Source: Octopus bimaculoides (taxonomy: Eukaryota). From it: DNA of 64,000 nucleotides. The stretch is taken from positions 68,545,992-68,609,991 of the forward strand of contig NC_068986.1 in assembly GCF_001194135.2 (NCBI RefSeq), read 5' to 3'. Under the pieces are notes generated by a model, which worked only from the letters and a program-made list of their open reading frames with translations, did no database searches and had not been told where the DNA came from. Position numbers and translations under genes: made by a program. Positions 25,414 to 38,150 of the stretch are shown here, one piece after another. Numbering within the stretch: the stretch's first letter is position 1; each line of letters begins with the position of its first letter.

Positions 25414-27374
25414 TGTTGTTGTTGTTGTTGTTGTTGTTATTATTATTATTTAAGGCAGTGAGCTGGCAAAATCGTTAGCACACCAGGCAGAATACTTAGC
25501 AGCATTCTGTCCATCTTTACATTCTGAGTTCAAATTCCACTGAGGTCAACTTTGCTTTTCATCCTTTCAGGATCAATAAATTAAGTACCAGTGAAACACA
25601 GGGGTCGATGTAATTAACTAGTCCCCTCCACCAACATTTCAGACCTTTAGTAGAAAAGAGCATTTAGTATGCTGGATGAAATGCTTAGCGGTATTTCGCC
25701 TGTTGCTATGTTCCGAGTTCAAATTCTGCCAAGGTCAACTTTGCTTTTCATCCATTCAGGGTCAATAAAATATTTACCAGTTGAACACTGGGGTTGATGT
25801 AATCGACTCATCCCCTCCTCCAAAATTGGTGCCCTTGTTGCAAAATTTGAAACCATTATTATTATTATTATTATTATTAAGCATTTAATAAGAGCTAAAG
25901 AAGTTTAATGAATATTTAAAAGGATGTGTAGAGAAAGAGAGGTATGAGGAGATCTGTGAAGATTGGAGGAGATGTGGTGTAAAGTGAGAAACAGTTTGGG
26001 AGGGGTGAAGTGAAAAACAAATTGCAGGGACTAGAGAGGAGACAGCTGAGAGATGGAGAGGGCTATAGGCAGTAATGGTCAGAAAAGAGAGAGAGAGAGA
26101 TGTTATTGTAATTTAGCTCCAGGTCAGATCTATGATCAAAAGATTTCTAGTCAATGATCATCCAGCCTTTTTGTATTTTTAGGAAGGCATTGTCCAGTGT
26201 GTTTCTTTTTTTCAAGATGGTAGTGTGTAAATTGAAGAAATTTGGTTGCTATTTCTAGCAGGTTGAGCAACCATACAGAGGCTCTCTCAGAAATATAGTA
26301 TGGGGGGGGGGCTGGTTGATGGAAAAGAAAGAGCAGGATTGGTGGTAAGCAGGAGAGTAATCAGGAAGAGCTGATGAGGATAGTTAGTAATTGTGGACAC
26401 GACAACGATGATGGTGGTGGTGACTATGTTAGTAATAATTAGTAGTCATAATGATAAGCTGTATTAGCAATGCTTTTAATAGCAGTGGCAGTGCAAATAG
26501 GGTGGGTGGGTGTAGTGATGATAATAAATGATAATGGCAGTGGTTGTTGTGAAAATGATAATTATGAGGGTGGCAGCAGTGGTAATGATGAATGCAAAGA
26601 CTGTCATAGTGACGATAATGTATACAGACGACTATAGATAGTGGTAATTTGACTCTCAAATTTCTTATAATTCTGATGAGGAGAAAGAAGATAGCATACA
26701 ACATCATCATCATTTGGTTGGCTGGTTTTTACAATGTAAACAGCTACCTATTTCCCCTCATAAAAGATTACTACTTTGAAGCTTATTTAGAATAGAAAAC
26801 ACATACAAAGCTGGATTACTGAGAAGATTAAACTATAATCTGCATCTAAGTAATCCTTACTTAATCAGTGCAAACAACCAAATCTCTGGCCTTGCAAAAT
26901 GGTAAAAGCTATGATAAGTACTTGTATGTCTTGAAGGCATATTTTACTAAAAAAAAACTGACTTCAAGCAACATTTCTGAAGAGATGAAAACATCAGGTT
27001 ATATTGATAGCTATAACTACATGTAGTAGCAAATCTCTGCAAGTGTATGATTAAAATTAGATTAATGGTGTTGTAAAGCAAAAGAATAGACCCACAGTTT
27101 TCCCCACTCTTGACTTATCTCTCTGTCTGATTACACAATCAGCAGTTACAGCTTGAACTGCAGATAGGGTGTCAACTTACTGGCAGAATGATTGACATTT
27201 CATGCCTTATTTTAAATGCTGTGTTATATTTAAGGAAAAATGTCTGAGTCCCAAAGTCTACCAGGCCAGCTGGTTGTAAAAATGTTTATACATGTATATT
27301 TGGGCAAAAGCAGTGTGCAAATGATTTCTTTTTTTTACTTGATGTACAATGTCAATTACCTCTGTGGTTGCCTC

Positions 27375-27405
<31 letters not shown>

Positions 27406-28544
27406 CTGTCTGTCTGTCTGTCTTTCTGTGTGCGTGTGTGCATGTGATGGAGTATATATACACTATCACTGGATCTAAAGTTAACCAACTGACATATTTC
27501 TTATTAGAAAAAGTGAAGTAATTGGTTAACAACATGGGATAAATGGAAAAATCCAACTGATTTACTTAAAATATGGTGAAGATTAGCTCTTGGTTGTTTA
27601 TTCCTGCAGTTAGGAGATGTAGATCAAAAATGAAATTTTGTGAATGATAAGCAGAGAGTGTCATCCATCACAACCAAACTTAATTCTAGAGAGCCTCACA
27701 TAAGCTAGCCACTGAGTGAATAATAGACCCTTTGGATTAGATTAACTACAAGAGACTAACAACTTATCCAGGTGTATATTTATCTTATGTGAAGAAAAGA
27801 GAAACCAAAGAACTCTTGAGGTTCATGAACAAATTGATTTAACTTCTCATTTCACAACACATTTTCATATTTCAGTTTTGGAGCAGAATGGCTGAATTAT
27901 CTATCATTGTCATATCTCTCTATTGAAATTTCTCTGGGTGATCAGATGTTTTATTTTTCCAAGTGAACTTTTTTGTGGAGATAATTCTTTGAACAATTTC
28001 ATAAGTGTAGGTGTGACTTCCACACCTCATTGTTCGGGGTTCAATCCCACTGTGTGGCACTTTGAGCAAATGGCTTCTATTATAGCCTAGGGCCAACCAA
28101 AGCCTTGTGAGTGGACATGGTAGAGGGAAACTGAAAGAAGCCTGTCACACACACACACACATACATACATACATAAGACATACATATATATAGACATCAT
28201 CATCATCATCATCATTTAACGTCTGTCTTCCATGCATGCATGGCTAAGATGGTTGACAAGAGCCAGCCAGGTAGAAAACTACCCCAGTCTACAATGTCTG
28301 TTTTGGTAAGGATTTTACAACTGGATGCCCTTCTTAATACCAACCATTTTGTATATATGTGCATGTGTGTATTTGTGTTTGTCTCCCCCTCCCCTACTGC
28401 CATTTGAAAACTGGTGCTGGTGTATTTACGTCCCTGTAACTTAATGGTTTGGCAATAAAGATAGAATAAGTACCAATAAACTTTGCTTGCGAAGACCTAT
28501 TGAGGCAAGTGAAATCAAATCAAATTGCTGACATGGCCGATGAC

Positions 28545-28850
28545 AGTACTGCCTGATTGGCACTCGTGCCAGTGGAATGTTAAAAGCACATCTGAGCATG
28601 ATCATTGCCAGGACCATGGACTGGCTCTTGTGCCAGTGGCATGTGAAAAGCACCATTCGAGCATGATCATTGCCAGCGTTGCCTTACCAGCACATATGCC
28701 AGTGGTACGTGAAAAACAAAATTCAAGCATGGTCGTTGCCAGTGCCGCCAGACTGGCTCCCATGCAGGTAGCACATAAAAAACACCTTTTGAGCGTGGTC
28801 GTTGCCAGAACCCCCTGACTGGCCCTCATGCCGGTGGCACATAGAAGTAT
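28545..28850 (+). repeat. Tandem array of about five 60-65 bp units inside a family C SINE
   Basis: Recurring gtgccagtgg..gt(g/t)aaaagcac..ttcgagcatg(a/g)tc(a/g)ttgccag with degenerate copies. Confidence 0.8.
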
Positions 28851-30130
28851 CCACTACACTCTCAGAGTGGTTGGTGTTAGGAAGGGCATCCAGCTGTAGA
28901 AACTTTGCCAGATCAGATTGAGCCTGGTGCAGCCTTCTGGCTCACCAGTTCTCAGTCAAACCGTCCAATCCATGCCAGCATAGAAAGCAGTTGTTAAATG
29001 GCAATGGTGATGATACACACACACACACACACACAACCTAAATATATTCATATATATATATATATATATANNNNNNNNNNGTGTGTGTGTGTATACACAA
29101 TCTAATGTTGTTGATCAACTAGGAGAAAACAACAAAATATTTACTATTGGCAGGACTCCATAGATTCAGTACAGTAAAATTTATTGATAATATTGATTTG
29201 ACATTGACTTCCCATTTCACCTTTAATAGCATATTTAACCACTTCAATCTGATTGAACAACCCATTAAAGGTGAAAATTGAAGTCTTAGTTAAATCAATA
29301 TTATCAGTTATTTATCTATCTCCACACAACCAACTCCTTCACTTTTCTACTCTGTCCTGCTCTCTATTTCTCACAGACCTCAGACAATACTCTTTTCCTT
29401 CCCCTTTCCCTAGTGTCTTTCATGCCCCACATTCAGCAGTTACTACTCTGTTACTATCTACACTAACACCTGACAACTTCTAGTTTGTCCCTTTTATCAC
29501 ACTTTACCCTCTCATACCTCACCTACAGTCATCACTCTCTTTCATGTATTCTTCTTTCAGTCACAGCTACTCTTTAGTTTTGTCGATTACAAAGCAGCCT
29601 GACTAGTGCTGGTGCCACAGTAAAAGCATGCAGTTACAATCTGCGAAGTGACTGGTGATATGAAGGGCATTCAGCCATAGAAATCACGCCTAAACTGAGA
29701 CATTGAAGCATGATGTCCTTCAGCTTGTGGCCAGTTTCTGTCAACCTGTCCAATGGATGACAGCAATGAAAGGCAGGTGATGATGATGTGCGAGGAATGT
29801 ATGTATGTGTAGGTAGGTGTATATTGTCAAGAAACATAGACATCAATGAAAAACTGTACAATAAATTTAAAGTTCTCTATAATAATTGCTCTGCAGTGAG
29901 TTACAAACACTTCCTTCTTGTTCTTGCCATTAGGAATGCAGTGAACAAGTAATTGGCTCATTGGAAACTTATAACCAATGGTGCTTATCATTCATCATCT
30001 ATAATATAAAATGAAAATAAAATAATTATAACACCTGACTCAGCTTCTCTTTTTTTTTTTTTTTTTNNNNNNNNNNNNNNNNNNNNNNNNNNNNNNNNNN
30101 NNNNNNNNNNNNNNNNNNNNNNNNNNNNNN

Positions 30131-30330
30131 ATGGGAGGATATACGAAAAAACAACAACAGACGAGGACAGGTGGTGTAAATAACAAAAGGATGTATTAGT
30201 ATGACGCTCGGGAATACGGAAAGTCTTTGACGTTTTGAGCTACGCTCTTCAACAGAAAGAATACGGAGACAAGGAGAAAAACACGGAGAAAAAAAATTGA
30301 ATAGTGTTCAGTCAACGGTCAATCATAATA
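30131..30330 (-). mobile_element. Penelope-like terminal repeat fragment (second copy, next to a gap)
   Basis: Reverse complement of about 57475-57660. Confidence 0.55.
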
Positions 30331-30344
30331 ATGGCTGATCATAA

Positions 30345-30535
30345 CATATATATATGTGTGTGTGTGTGTGTGTATGTTTACGTCCCTGTAACTTAGCAGT
30401 TCGGCAAAAGAGACCAATAGAATAAGTACTAGGCTTACAAAGAATAAGTCCTGGGGTCGATCTGCTCGACTAAAGGCGGTGTTCTAGCATGGCCGCAGTC
30501 AAATGACTGAAACAAGTAAAAAGGGTAAAGAGTTA
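30345..30535 (+). mobile_element. SINE family A 3' half ending a few bases from the 30545 exon donor
   Basis: ...gaaacaagtaaaaagggtaaagagttaaaaac|ttac, where the donor gtaagt lies at 30539-30544. Confidence 0.88.
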
Positions 30536-30544
30536 AAAACTTAC

Positions 30545-30608
30545 TTTTGTCATCTTCAATATCTTCTAATTTGACATCGTCCAATGGAATTATGTGCTGT
30601 TTATTGTA
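30545..30608 (-). CDS. PLEKHF2: Phafin coding exon, PH domain (YNKQHIIPLDDVKLEDIEDDK)
   Basis: Acceptor ttgttaattttcag, donor gtaagt; 64 nt, phase 0/1. Matches Phafin YNKQHIIPL. Confidence 0.95.
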
Positions 30609-30699
30609 CTGAAAATTAACAAAATTAAAACTTTTCAGAAACTTTATCTAAAATTTCAGAAAACAAGATGTTATTTATGTTTCTTCACAACAAACTTAA

Positions 30700-31090
30700 A
30701 AGGTACACTGTACACTATCAAGATAAGTTGTAAATCTAGTCGAGTTAACGGTTCCTCATGAAGATAATAAGGTAAATACCACCATAACCAATATCCAAAC
30801 TACAGTGGAGAAGGCTAGCCACTGGATTTGGTTAAAAAGAAACGATGAGCGATGGCTAGAGGAATATTGAGCTTTGTTTTTAATAACCAGTTGATCTAGC
30901 AAGCGGGGCCTCATTGATGCCGTCGAGAAGTAGGCCCTGAAATGGCNNNNNNNNNNTAACCAGTTGATCTAGCAAGCGGGGCCTCATTGATGCCGTCGAG
31001 AAGTAGGCCCTGAAATGGCGCACATTCTCTCCTGATGACCCCATACACTTGCTGGCTTCCGGTATACGGAGTTCTCGACTGGTAGCACTT
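30700..31090 (+). mobile_element. 3' end of an RLE-type non-LTR retrotransposon (HERO/NeSL-like), internally deleted
   Basis: Translates VVNLVELTVPHEDN (ELTVP at 30742-56) then TTITNIQTTVEKASHWIWLKRNDERWLEEY* (stop 30868-70), followed by a GC-richer 3' UTR. Confidence 0.6.
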
Positions 31091-31383
31091 GCAGGTGTGA
31101 GTTGTTTGCAAAACATCTATAAAAGACCCTGCTCCACAGTTACACATTCTAGATTGTATGCAATAAAACATCCATTGATTGGTTAAAACCATCATACAAT
31201 TAACACAAATCTACTATCAAGCCCTTCCTTCTCTGTATCTACTAATAAATATTGAACAGCCTTTATACACTTATCTCTTCTTATTGTTATTGCAGCAGCA
31301 GAATTAGAAGAAATAGAAGACTGTTGGAAACAAAATATAGCTGAAATTTAATAAAATTAGTTTTAACAATAACATTGTAAAGG

Positions 31384-31750
31384 TATTGTTATATTTGGGG
31401 ATGGTCAAATTTTGTAAATTTTAGGTCTTCATTTCAGCTTCATTATTATCATTTTAGTTTCTTGTCAAAGCTCTTTCATCACACATCCTGTGGCCTCTTC
31501 AGTGGTTAGTTTTATCCCACATGTCTCCTCTTGTTCTGCATATTCCATTTCTAAAATCCATTTATTAAATAGAATAAGCAGGACAAGATGAGACACATGG
31601 GACAGAGAGTCACTGAAGAGGTCACAGGACATGTGACAAAAGAGCTTTGAAAAAGAAACTAAAATAACAATAATGAAGCTGAAGTAAAGACCAAATGTAT
31701 AGCATGCGTGTTTAATTGGCAAAATATGACCATCCTCAAATATAACAATA
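31384..31750. mobile_element. Long-TIR MITE (whole element is an imperfect palindrome) in the Phafin intron
   Basis: Ends tattgttatatttggggatggtca...tgaccatcctcaaatataacaata; the internal halves are also reverse-complementary. Confidence 0.8.
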
Positions 31751-32028
31751 TGCTTCAACACGTGATTTCACATCAAGAATCTTGCAAAACAAATACACAA
31801 ACGTAATTGTAATAGATATTATAGAAAAAAATAAGAAAGGAAACAGTCAGCAGCTGGTAGCAGCACTTAAATATTCTTCCAAATTTCCAACACACACACA
31901 CACAGAGTATAAGTGATTCTTTCAGCAAACATTCCACCTCAAAATAGTTACTAATCAAACGATTCACTGGCAAAAGTTAAAATAAAAAAAACTAAAAAAA
32001 AATCTATGAACAAAATGTTATAACATAC

Positions 32029-32166
32029 CCTCTTCTTGCTGATTATTATGTTACCATATACAAGTATATCGTTAAAGAGGAAAAACTGCCGTGGTTTTGG
32101 TTTTTTACGACACATTTTCGTTAAAACACCTTCTCCTACGAGAACCCGACCAGGGCGTGTGAGTTT
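32029..32166 (-). CDS. PLEKHF2: Phafin coding exon, PH domain N-half (KLTRPGRVLVGEGVLTKMCRKKPKPRQFFLFNDILVYGNIIISKKR)
   Basis: Acceptor tatttatttgtag, donor gtatgt; 138 nt, phase 0/0. Near-identical to the Phafin PH motif GRVLxGEGVLTKxCRKKPKxRQFFLFNDILVYG. Absent from the ORF track. Confidence 0.97.
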
Positions 32167-35100
32167 CTACAAATAAATACATAGATAAATGGATTAGCTA
32201 CTAAAACATAAATCAAATAATGAAAGAAACAGAAGTGAAATATATGTTAAATGTGAAAACAGAACTCAGACTCATGTTAGTATTTGATATGATAGCATGT
32301 TGAACCAACAAGAGAGCTATGTGGTTCCTTGATCTGCTAGAAATTAGCAGTCAAATCTCTCTCACATCATACTCTACGCATCATCATCATCATCATCATC
32401 ATCAAATGTCCATTTTCCATGCTTGCATGGGTTGGACGGTTTGACTGGAGTTGGTAAGGCCAGGGGCTGCACCAGGCTCCATTGTCTATTCTGGCATGTT
32501 TTCTATGCCCTTCCTAATGCCAACCACTCCACAGAGTTTACTGGGTGCTTGTAATGTGACACCAGTGCCGGTAACAATTCTGTTGTAGCAGACAAATCAT
32601 CTTGAGTACAGCAATGCACCAGATATCTCAGTCCTTGGTCATCTCTTTTATCCCTACTGTCTTACAAAATAGTAGACTTTGGGCTAATGTAGTCCAAGGA
32701 ATACTGTTCCTGGAAAAAAAAATGCTGCTTCCATTAAAAAAAACAAAACAAAGGGATGCTTTAGTGCTTTTGTTCATAAGTTTGCTTCATCAGGGACATT
32801 TCGAGGCTAGACAATAGCAACAAGCTGGTATGAGAAGTGCAACTGATCATGTTATATCAGCATGGTCACTGAAACAGCCAAGCTAGCACAACGACATCAA
32901 CTTAGCCATGGATATTTGAAACTAGATATTTTTTTTTGTTTTGTCATCAAAGATGACAGGCACAGGTGTGGCTGTGTGGTAAGAAGTCTGCTTGGTTCCA
33001 GGTTCAGTCCTACAATGTGGCACCTTGGGTAAGTGTCATCTTTTATAGCCTCGGGCTGACCAATGCCCTGTGGGCAGATATGATAGATGGAAACTGAAAG
33101 AAGCTTGTCATGTGTGTGTTTGTCCCTCACAACAGGAGTTGGTGTGTTTATGTACACATGACTTAGTGGTTTGGTAAAAGAGACTGCTAGAATAAGTACC
33201 AGACATTGAAAAATAAGTGCTGGTGTCAATTCATTTCACTAAAAATTCTTTAAGGCTGTGCCCCAGCATGGTTGCAGTCTAATGACTGAAACATGTAAAA
33301 GATAAAAAAATATATGCATTATAAATTAATGACTCTCAGATACTGCCAGTCCACTGAAATAATAATAGGAAATCAAGTAACTGCATAGGGACTCCTTCAT
33401 TTGCTTGTTGATAGTCAAGTGTCATGATCAGGGCATTTTTGCTTCATTATAATATATTCCAAAATGAAACAAAATGAATGATAACAAGCATGTAAATTCA
33501 TGTGAATGTCTGTACAATACCTTGATAATTTTTTTTATTTATTGTTCTCAAAGAATATACTCTTTCTGATGGATATTTCTTTTAGATAAAGTTTGTGATG
33601 TAATTGACCAATATCTATTATGCCCGTGATGGTAGATATATCTGATATGTGTAGGCAAATATCACATATTTGAAGGAAAAACAATGATTTCCTTCTAAAA
33701 TTTTATTGAACAATGATGAGCATCATTTTAACGTCCTCTTTTCCATGCTTGCATGGGTTGGATGGAGACAGATTTTCTATGGTCAGAGGCACTTCCTGCC
33801 ACCAACTCTCCCCTGTTTCCAAACAAGGTAATATTTCCCCATGGCTGGATGTGCTTACACAGAACATTTGGAATGAGTGGTACTGTTTGAATGACAGTGA
33901 CAATCGTTTTACAACTGTCATAGAATGTCAAGAAAAGGACACAAACACACATACACAACAGGCTTCTCTTAGTTTCCATCTACCAAGGTTTGGCCCAAGG
34001 CTGTAGTAGAAGACACTTGCCCAAGGTACCATGCAATGGGACTGAATTCAGGACTATGTTGTTATGAAACAAACTTCTTACCACACAGCCACACCAGCGC
34101 CTATTGCAAATAATTTGCAAATGTATTCTCCATAAATTATGATTTGAAATGACAGTTTATTTTTAGTCATGTCAAAAGGGCCCATGAAAAAAAAAGCTAA
34201 CCTGTGATGCCGTGTAATGAAGAAACCAATGCTCTCTACTACTGGTAGAATATGACCCATGAATATTTCAGCTCATAGGTTAAATACGCATCAAATCAAC
34301 AAGCTGTGATTTTTCATTCATAGCTATAATATTGTGCAGCTGGAGGCCAATAATTTTCTGGGTAGAAATTCTATATTTTTTTGTGTTTTTTAACAAAATT
34401 TCTGCACAGTTATTTTGGTTTCCTATTTCACCTGTGTGGGTGTTGCTGAATATGATATTGATTTCCAAAATAATCAATAACCAGATCATTTATTTCACAC
34501 TTTATTCATCTCTGGTCTTAAATTCAATGACGATTATTACACTGTGAATTGTTTCCTGGAATTGATATTTCAAAACAAAGAAAAAAAAATTTGACAAGAG
34601 TAATATTTGATAACTGCTAGATTCCCACCCACCATTTCAGCCACTGCTTAACTTGCAGATACACTAACAAAGAGAGTATGTTAGTACTTAACTCATTCTC
34701 TTGATCTGCCTCTCCCTTTGCTTCTAAATAAACACTCATTTAAAAATTACTTCCCCAACCAGGTGGCGAAATAAAGATCAATACCAACTCCTAATGCAAC
34801 CAAGCCAAGATAATAGTATCTCTTGTGTTAAATCAATGATCAGAACACTATGGAGTAAACCAGATATAATTCCAAATGGTGATGCAAATGAATATAGAGA
34901 GGAAAATCTATCAGTCTTATGTACTGTAAAGCAAAGTGAAGCCAAAATAAAAGAAATCTATTTACGCTCATATCCAGAAAGATTTCAGACATTTAAATGT
35001 AGTAGTTTGCAAATAATTTGTCGAGTTAGAAAGGAAAATCTATTAGAAAAGTGAATACATAGTATTATATCTATTTATAAAAATATATAAGGCTCAGACA

Positions 35101-36149
35101 AGGGACCGAGTCTTCTGGTGATTTGTTGTGCTTAAGAAGACACGTCAAGCTAAGTCCCCTGCATCCCTCTTCAGCTGAGCGTCCCTAGTCTTGTGGGCTA
35201 GTGAGTGCTGGTGTCACATAAAAAGCACCGGTGCTGGTGCCATGTAATAAGCACCCATGCCAGTGCTGCATAAGTGCACCCAGAGCACTCTGTAAAGTGG
35301 TTGGCATTAGGAAGGGTATCCATCCATAGAAACCATGCCAAAACATAGAGCTTGGGCAGCTCTTCAGCTGACCAGCTCCTGCCAAACTGTTCAATCCATG
35401 CCAGCACAGAAAACAGATGTTAAATGATGATGAGATATTATGTGTACATATATATATGTGAAGGTGCATGGCCTAGTGGTAAGGATGCTGCATTCACTAT
35501 TGCAAGATTGTGGCTTCAATTCCCAGACCAGGTAGTGTGTTGTGTTCTTGAGCTAAACACATCATTTCATATGGCTCCAGTTCAATCAACTGTAAATGGC
35601 TAACCATGAGACGGACTGGTATTCCATTCAGTGGGATATGTTGGTTTACATGCCTGTCCAGTAGAGAGCGGGGGAGGTCATCATTTGAAAGCTAAAACGA
35701 TGCTAGGAAGTGCACTGTGATCAGTGGTGGATAACAACATCTGATAGTCTGGTCAATTCAGAGATATAGTATGAATATATGAGAGCTGTACTGAAAGTAA
35801 TGAGAAGATGGGCAGGATATAGATTTTTAATTGCATCTACTATCATAGGTGTACTGAGCTCTGTCACAACAGATCTGTATAAAAATCTAGAAATTCTAGG
35901 TTCTCAAAACAAAGAACAAAGCAACCTATTGTGTGTTCACCAAATGCAATTGATTACAGGTACAGAGAAAATTTGTAAAGCATTCCAAGGAGTTGCCATT
36001 TGTGGTTCCTGAATGAAAACATGCACACAATCAACATGTGTGTGCGTGTGGAATACAAACATATGCATGCACACATACACACGCACAGAGAGGCAATAAA
36101 TGAAGCATAAACAAGGATGTGCTGAAAAGACATATGAAGAACTCTGGAA

Positions 36150-36440
36150 TCTCCCCAAACACCGGAGAGAAGAAGGCTCATTGGCAAGATGAATGGCACT
36201 GATTGCTGAAGCTCATAATTCCAGCTGTTGATGTGAAACAACAGAGGGAATATAAAAGAAAACATGAGAGGTGTCATTTCTCCATTGTGTCAAGTAGCTT
36301 CAACTGCAGCATATGTCATCATTGCTGCAGATCATGAGCTGGCCTTGTAGCCCATATACGAGCCTACCAGAAATGATTACAGAACAAGAACAGTCAACAT
36401 TGATGACCTATGATGGACAGCTGAAGAAGATAAAGTATAT
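36150..36440 (+). mobile_element. Decayed LINE 3' end (C-terminal Cys/His region)
   Basis: CRS*AGLVAHIRAYQK followed by ...gatggacagctgaagaaga tail. Confidence 0.5.
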
Positions 36441-36552
36441 ACATACTCATGTACTAATGTAATGTGCACATCCACTCCACAGGTGTAAAATTATCCACAC
36501 ACACACAAACTAATTCAGCTAACCCCAAATTCTAGAAGCTGTCTTGACTAAA

Positions 36553-36769
36553 CTCTTTAGTATTCATGTTACACTGTCAAATATGTTTATGTATTCACAT
36601 TGTTTTGAATTAATTATGCATTATCTCATAGCTTCAAAATTTTAATGATGTAATTGCTTATTTTTAGAATAACATTGTAGAATAGGTGTGAGAGGTCAGA
36701 TCTGGTCAGCTTCAACATAAAATAGGTAGAATATTTAGGCCAGATATGGCCTGTTTAAATGCTAAAGGG
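36553..36769. mobile_element. piggyBac-type MITE, same family as 21554-21754
   Basis: ctctttagtatt ... aaatgctaaaggg|ttaa; the internal sequence is the reverse complement of the 21554 copy. Confidence 0.6.
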
Positions 36770-37241
36770 TTAATTAGCTAAAATGCCTTGCCATTTTGTT
36801 ATGCATAAATCTTGCAATGGTAAAAAAATTTCATTAAATCCCAAAGAAGAAAAGAAGAAAAAAGAAGGAAAGACAGGAAAAAAAAATAGACAGAAAAACA
36901 CTTGCGCACATGCACACACCATTACATTTTTTTCAAAACTTATAATCTGAAATGCTGAAGAAGCAGAAATGATGCATTGTGCCTGATAAAATGTTGAAAA
37001 TATTTTTCCAAATACATAGTGAGATAATAAGTATTGTGATAAGGAAAAATAAATGATTGCCATTATTGTTGGTGGTAACAGTAATAGAAAATAATTTTTC
37101 ACATCAAGTTGAACTAAACAATATTTTTTTTTTTTTTTTTTTTTTTAAAGATAAATTTTTTAAAAAATTCAGGGAAGAAAATGTAGCAATTACTTTAAAA
37201 TGTAAAAAAATTTCTTTGAAGATGTAAAATATTTTACTCAC

Positions 37242-37306
37242 TTCCCCTGATGCACCAAAACATTGCTCTACGTATGCAATTCGCTTGTGATTGGAGTCAC
37301 TGTTAA
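37242..37306 (-). CDS. PLEKHF2: Phafin (PLEKHF2-like) coding exon, N-terminal region (NSDSNHKRIAYVEQCFGASGE)
   Basis: Acceptor ttcttcttttgcag and donor gtgagt; 65 nt, phase 1 in and phase 0 out. Translation matches the Phafin2 N-terminus (NSEANTRRISIVENCFGAAGQ, from recall). Confidence 0.92.
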
Positions 37307-37934
37307 CTGCAAAAGAAGAAAGGAAATAAATTGAAGAACCATATGAATGAGAAGAAAATTATTTTATTTATTTCAATTGTTACTGGAGACAGAGCTACTG
37401 GCTGTAAATAATTAGAAAAGATTAGCAACAAAAGGTAATTTATATTAATTTTAGTTCTGTACCAGAACAGGAAGTAGTTTAATAGTTCTGATAGAACTAA
37501 GAAGTGAGTTCAACTCATTGATTACTTTAATAAACCCAGGACGTTAATTAAGGCTAAGGGTGTGTGTGGTAGTGGTGCAGTATTTTTCAACAATGGCTAC
37601 TCAAGGGATAGTTAAGTTAGCAACAATAACACCTAACTTGAATAGTAAACTGAAGAAATAAGTAATAAAACTCTAAATTCTTCTGAAGTACAAAAAAAAA
37701 GTCAATTTTCCAGATAAGATTTACAAGATATATATATAAATGAATTAGGTATATTATCAAGATAAGTATCACTTGAAAGCTATTGTCATCTCTGCTCACA
37801 GAGACCTAATAGTTGAAGGTAGCTGACTGGCCAAGTAACTCAACAGGTTTTCTAACTCAAAACAAAAAATGTTTACTATCTTAATCTACACTGTGCTTCA
37901 GCTTTGTCAATATTTTAGTCAAGCTCTAAGGTAG

Positions 37935-38150
37935 CAGCAAGCTGGCAGAAACGTTAGCACGCCGGGTGAAATGCTTAGCAGTATTTCATCTGCCATTACA
38001 TTCTGAGTACAAATTCCGCCGAGGTCAACTTTGCCTTTCATCCTTTCAGAGTTGATAAAATAGGTAGGTACCAGTTAAGTCTTAGGATCAATTTAATCTA
38101 CTTAATCCCTCCCAACAAACTGCTGGCCTTGTGCCAAAATTTGAAACCAA
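37935..38150 (+). mobile_element. SINE family B (further copies at about 7590-7790 -, 13930-14280, 17065-17280, 25455-25628, 38408-38620, 48970-49180)
   Basis: agctggcagaaacgttagcacgccggg head and ctttgcctttcatcctttc..gataaa..gtaccag central domain; ends caaaatttgaaacc. Confidence 0.85.

Noticed and set aside
28545-28850. CRISPR-like appearance of the tandem array
   Set aside because: Units are contiguous and degenerate with no unique spacers, lie inside a eukaryotic SINE, and no cas genes are present.
30884-31019. 63-bp direct repeat (30884-30946 and 30957-31019)
   Set aside because: Identical copies sit on either side of a 10-N gap, the typical unmerged contig-overlap artefact.
34794-35054. 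86-aa plus-strand ORF
   Set aside because: No recognisable domain, antisense inside a Phafin intron, no supporting splice structure.
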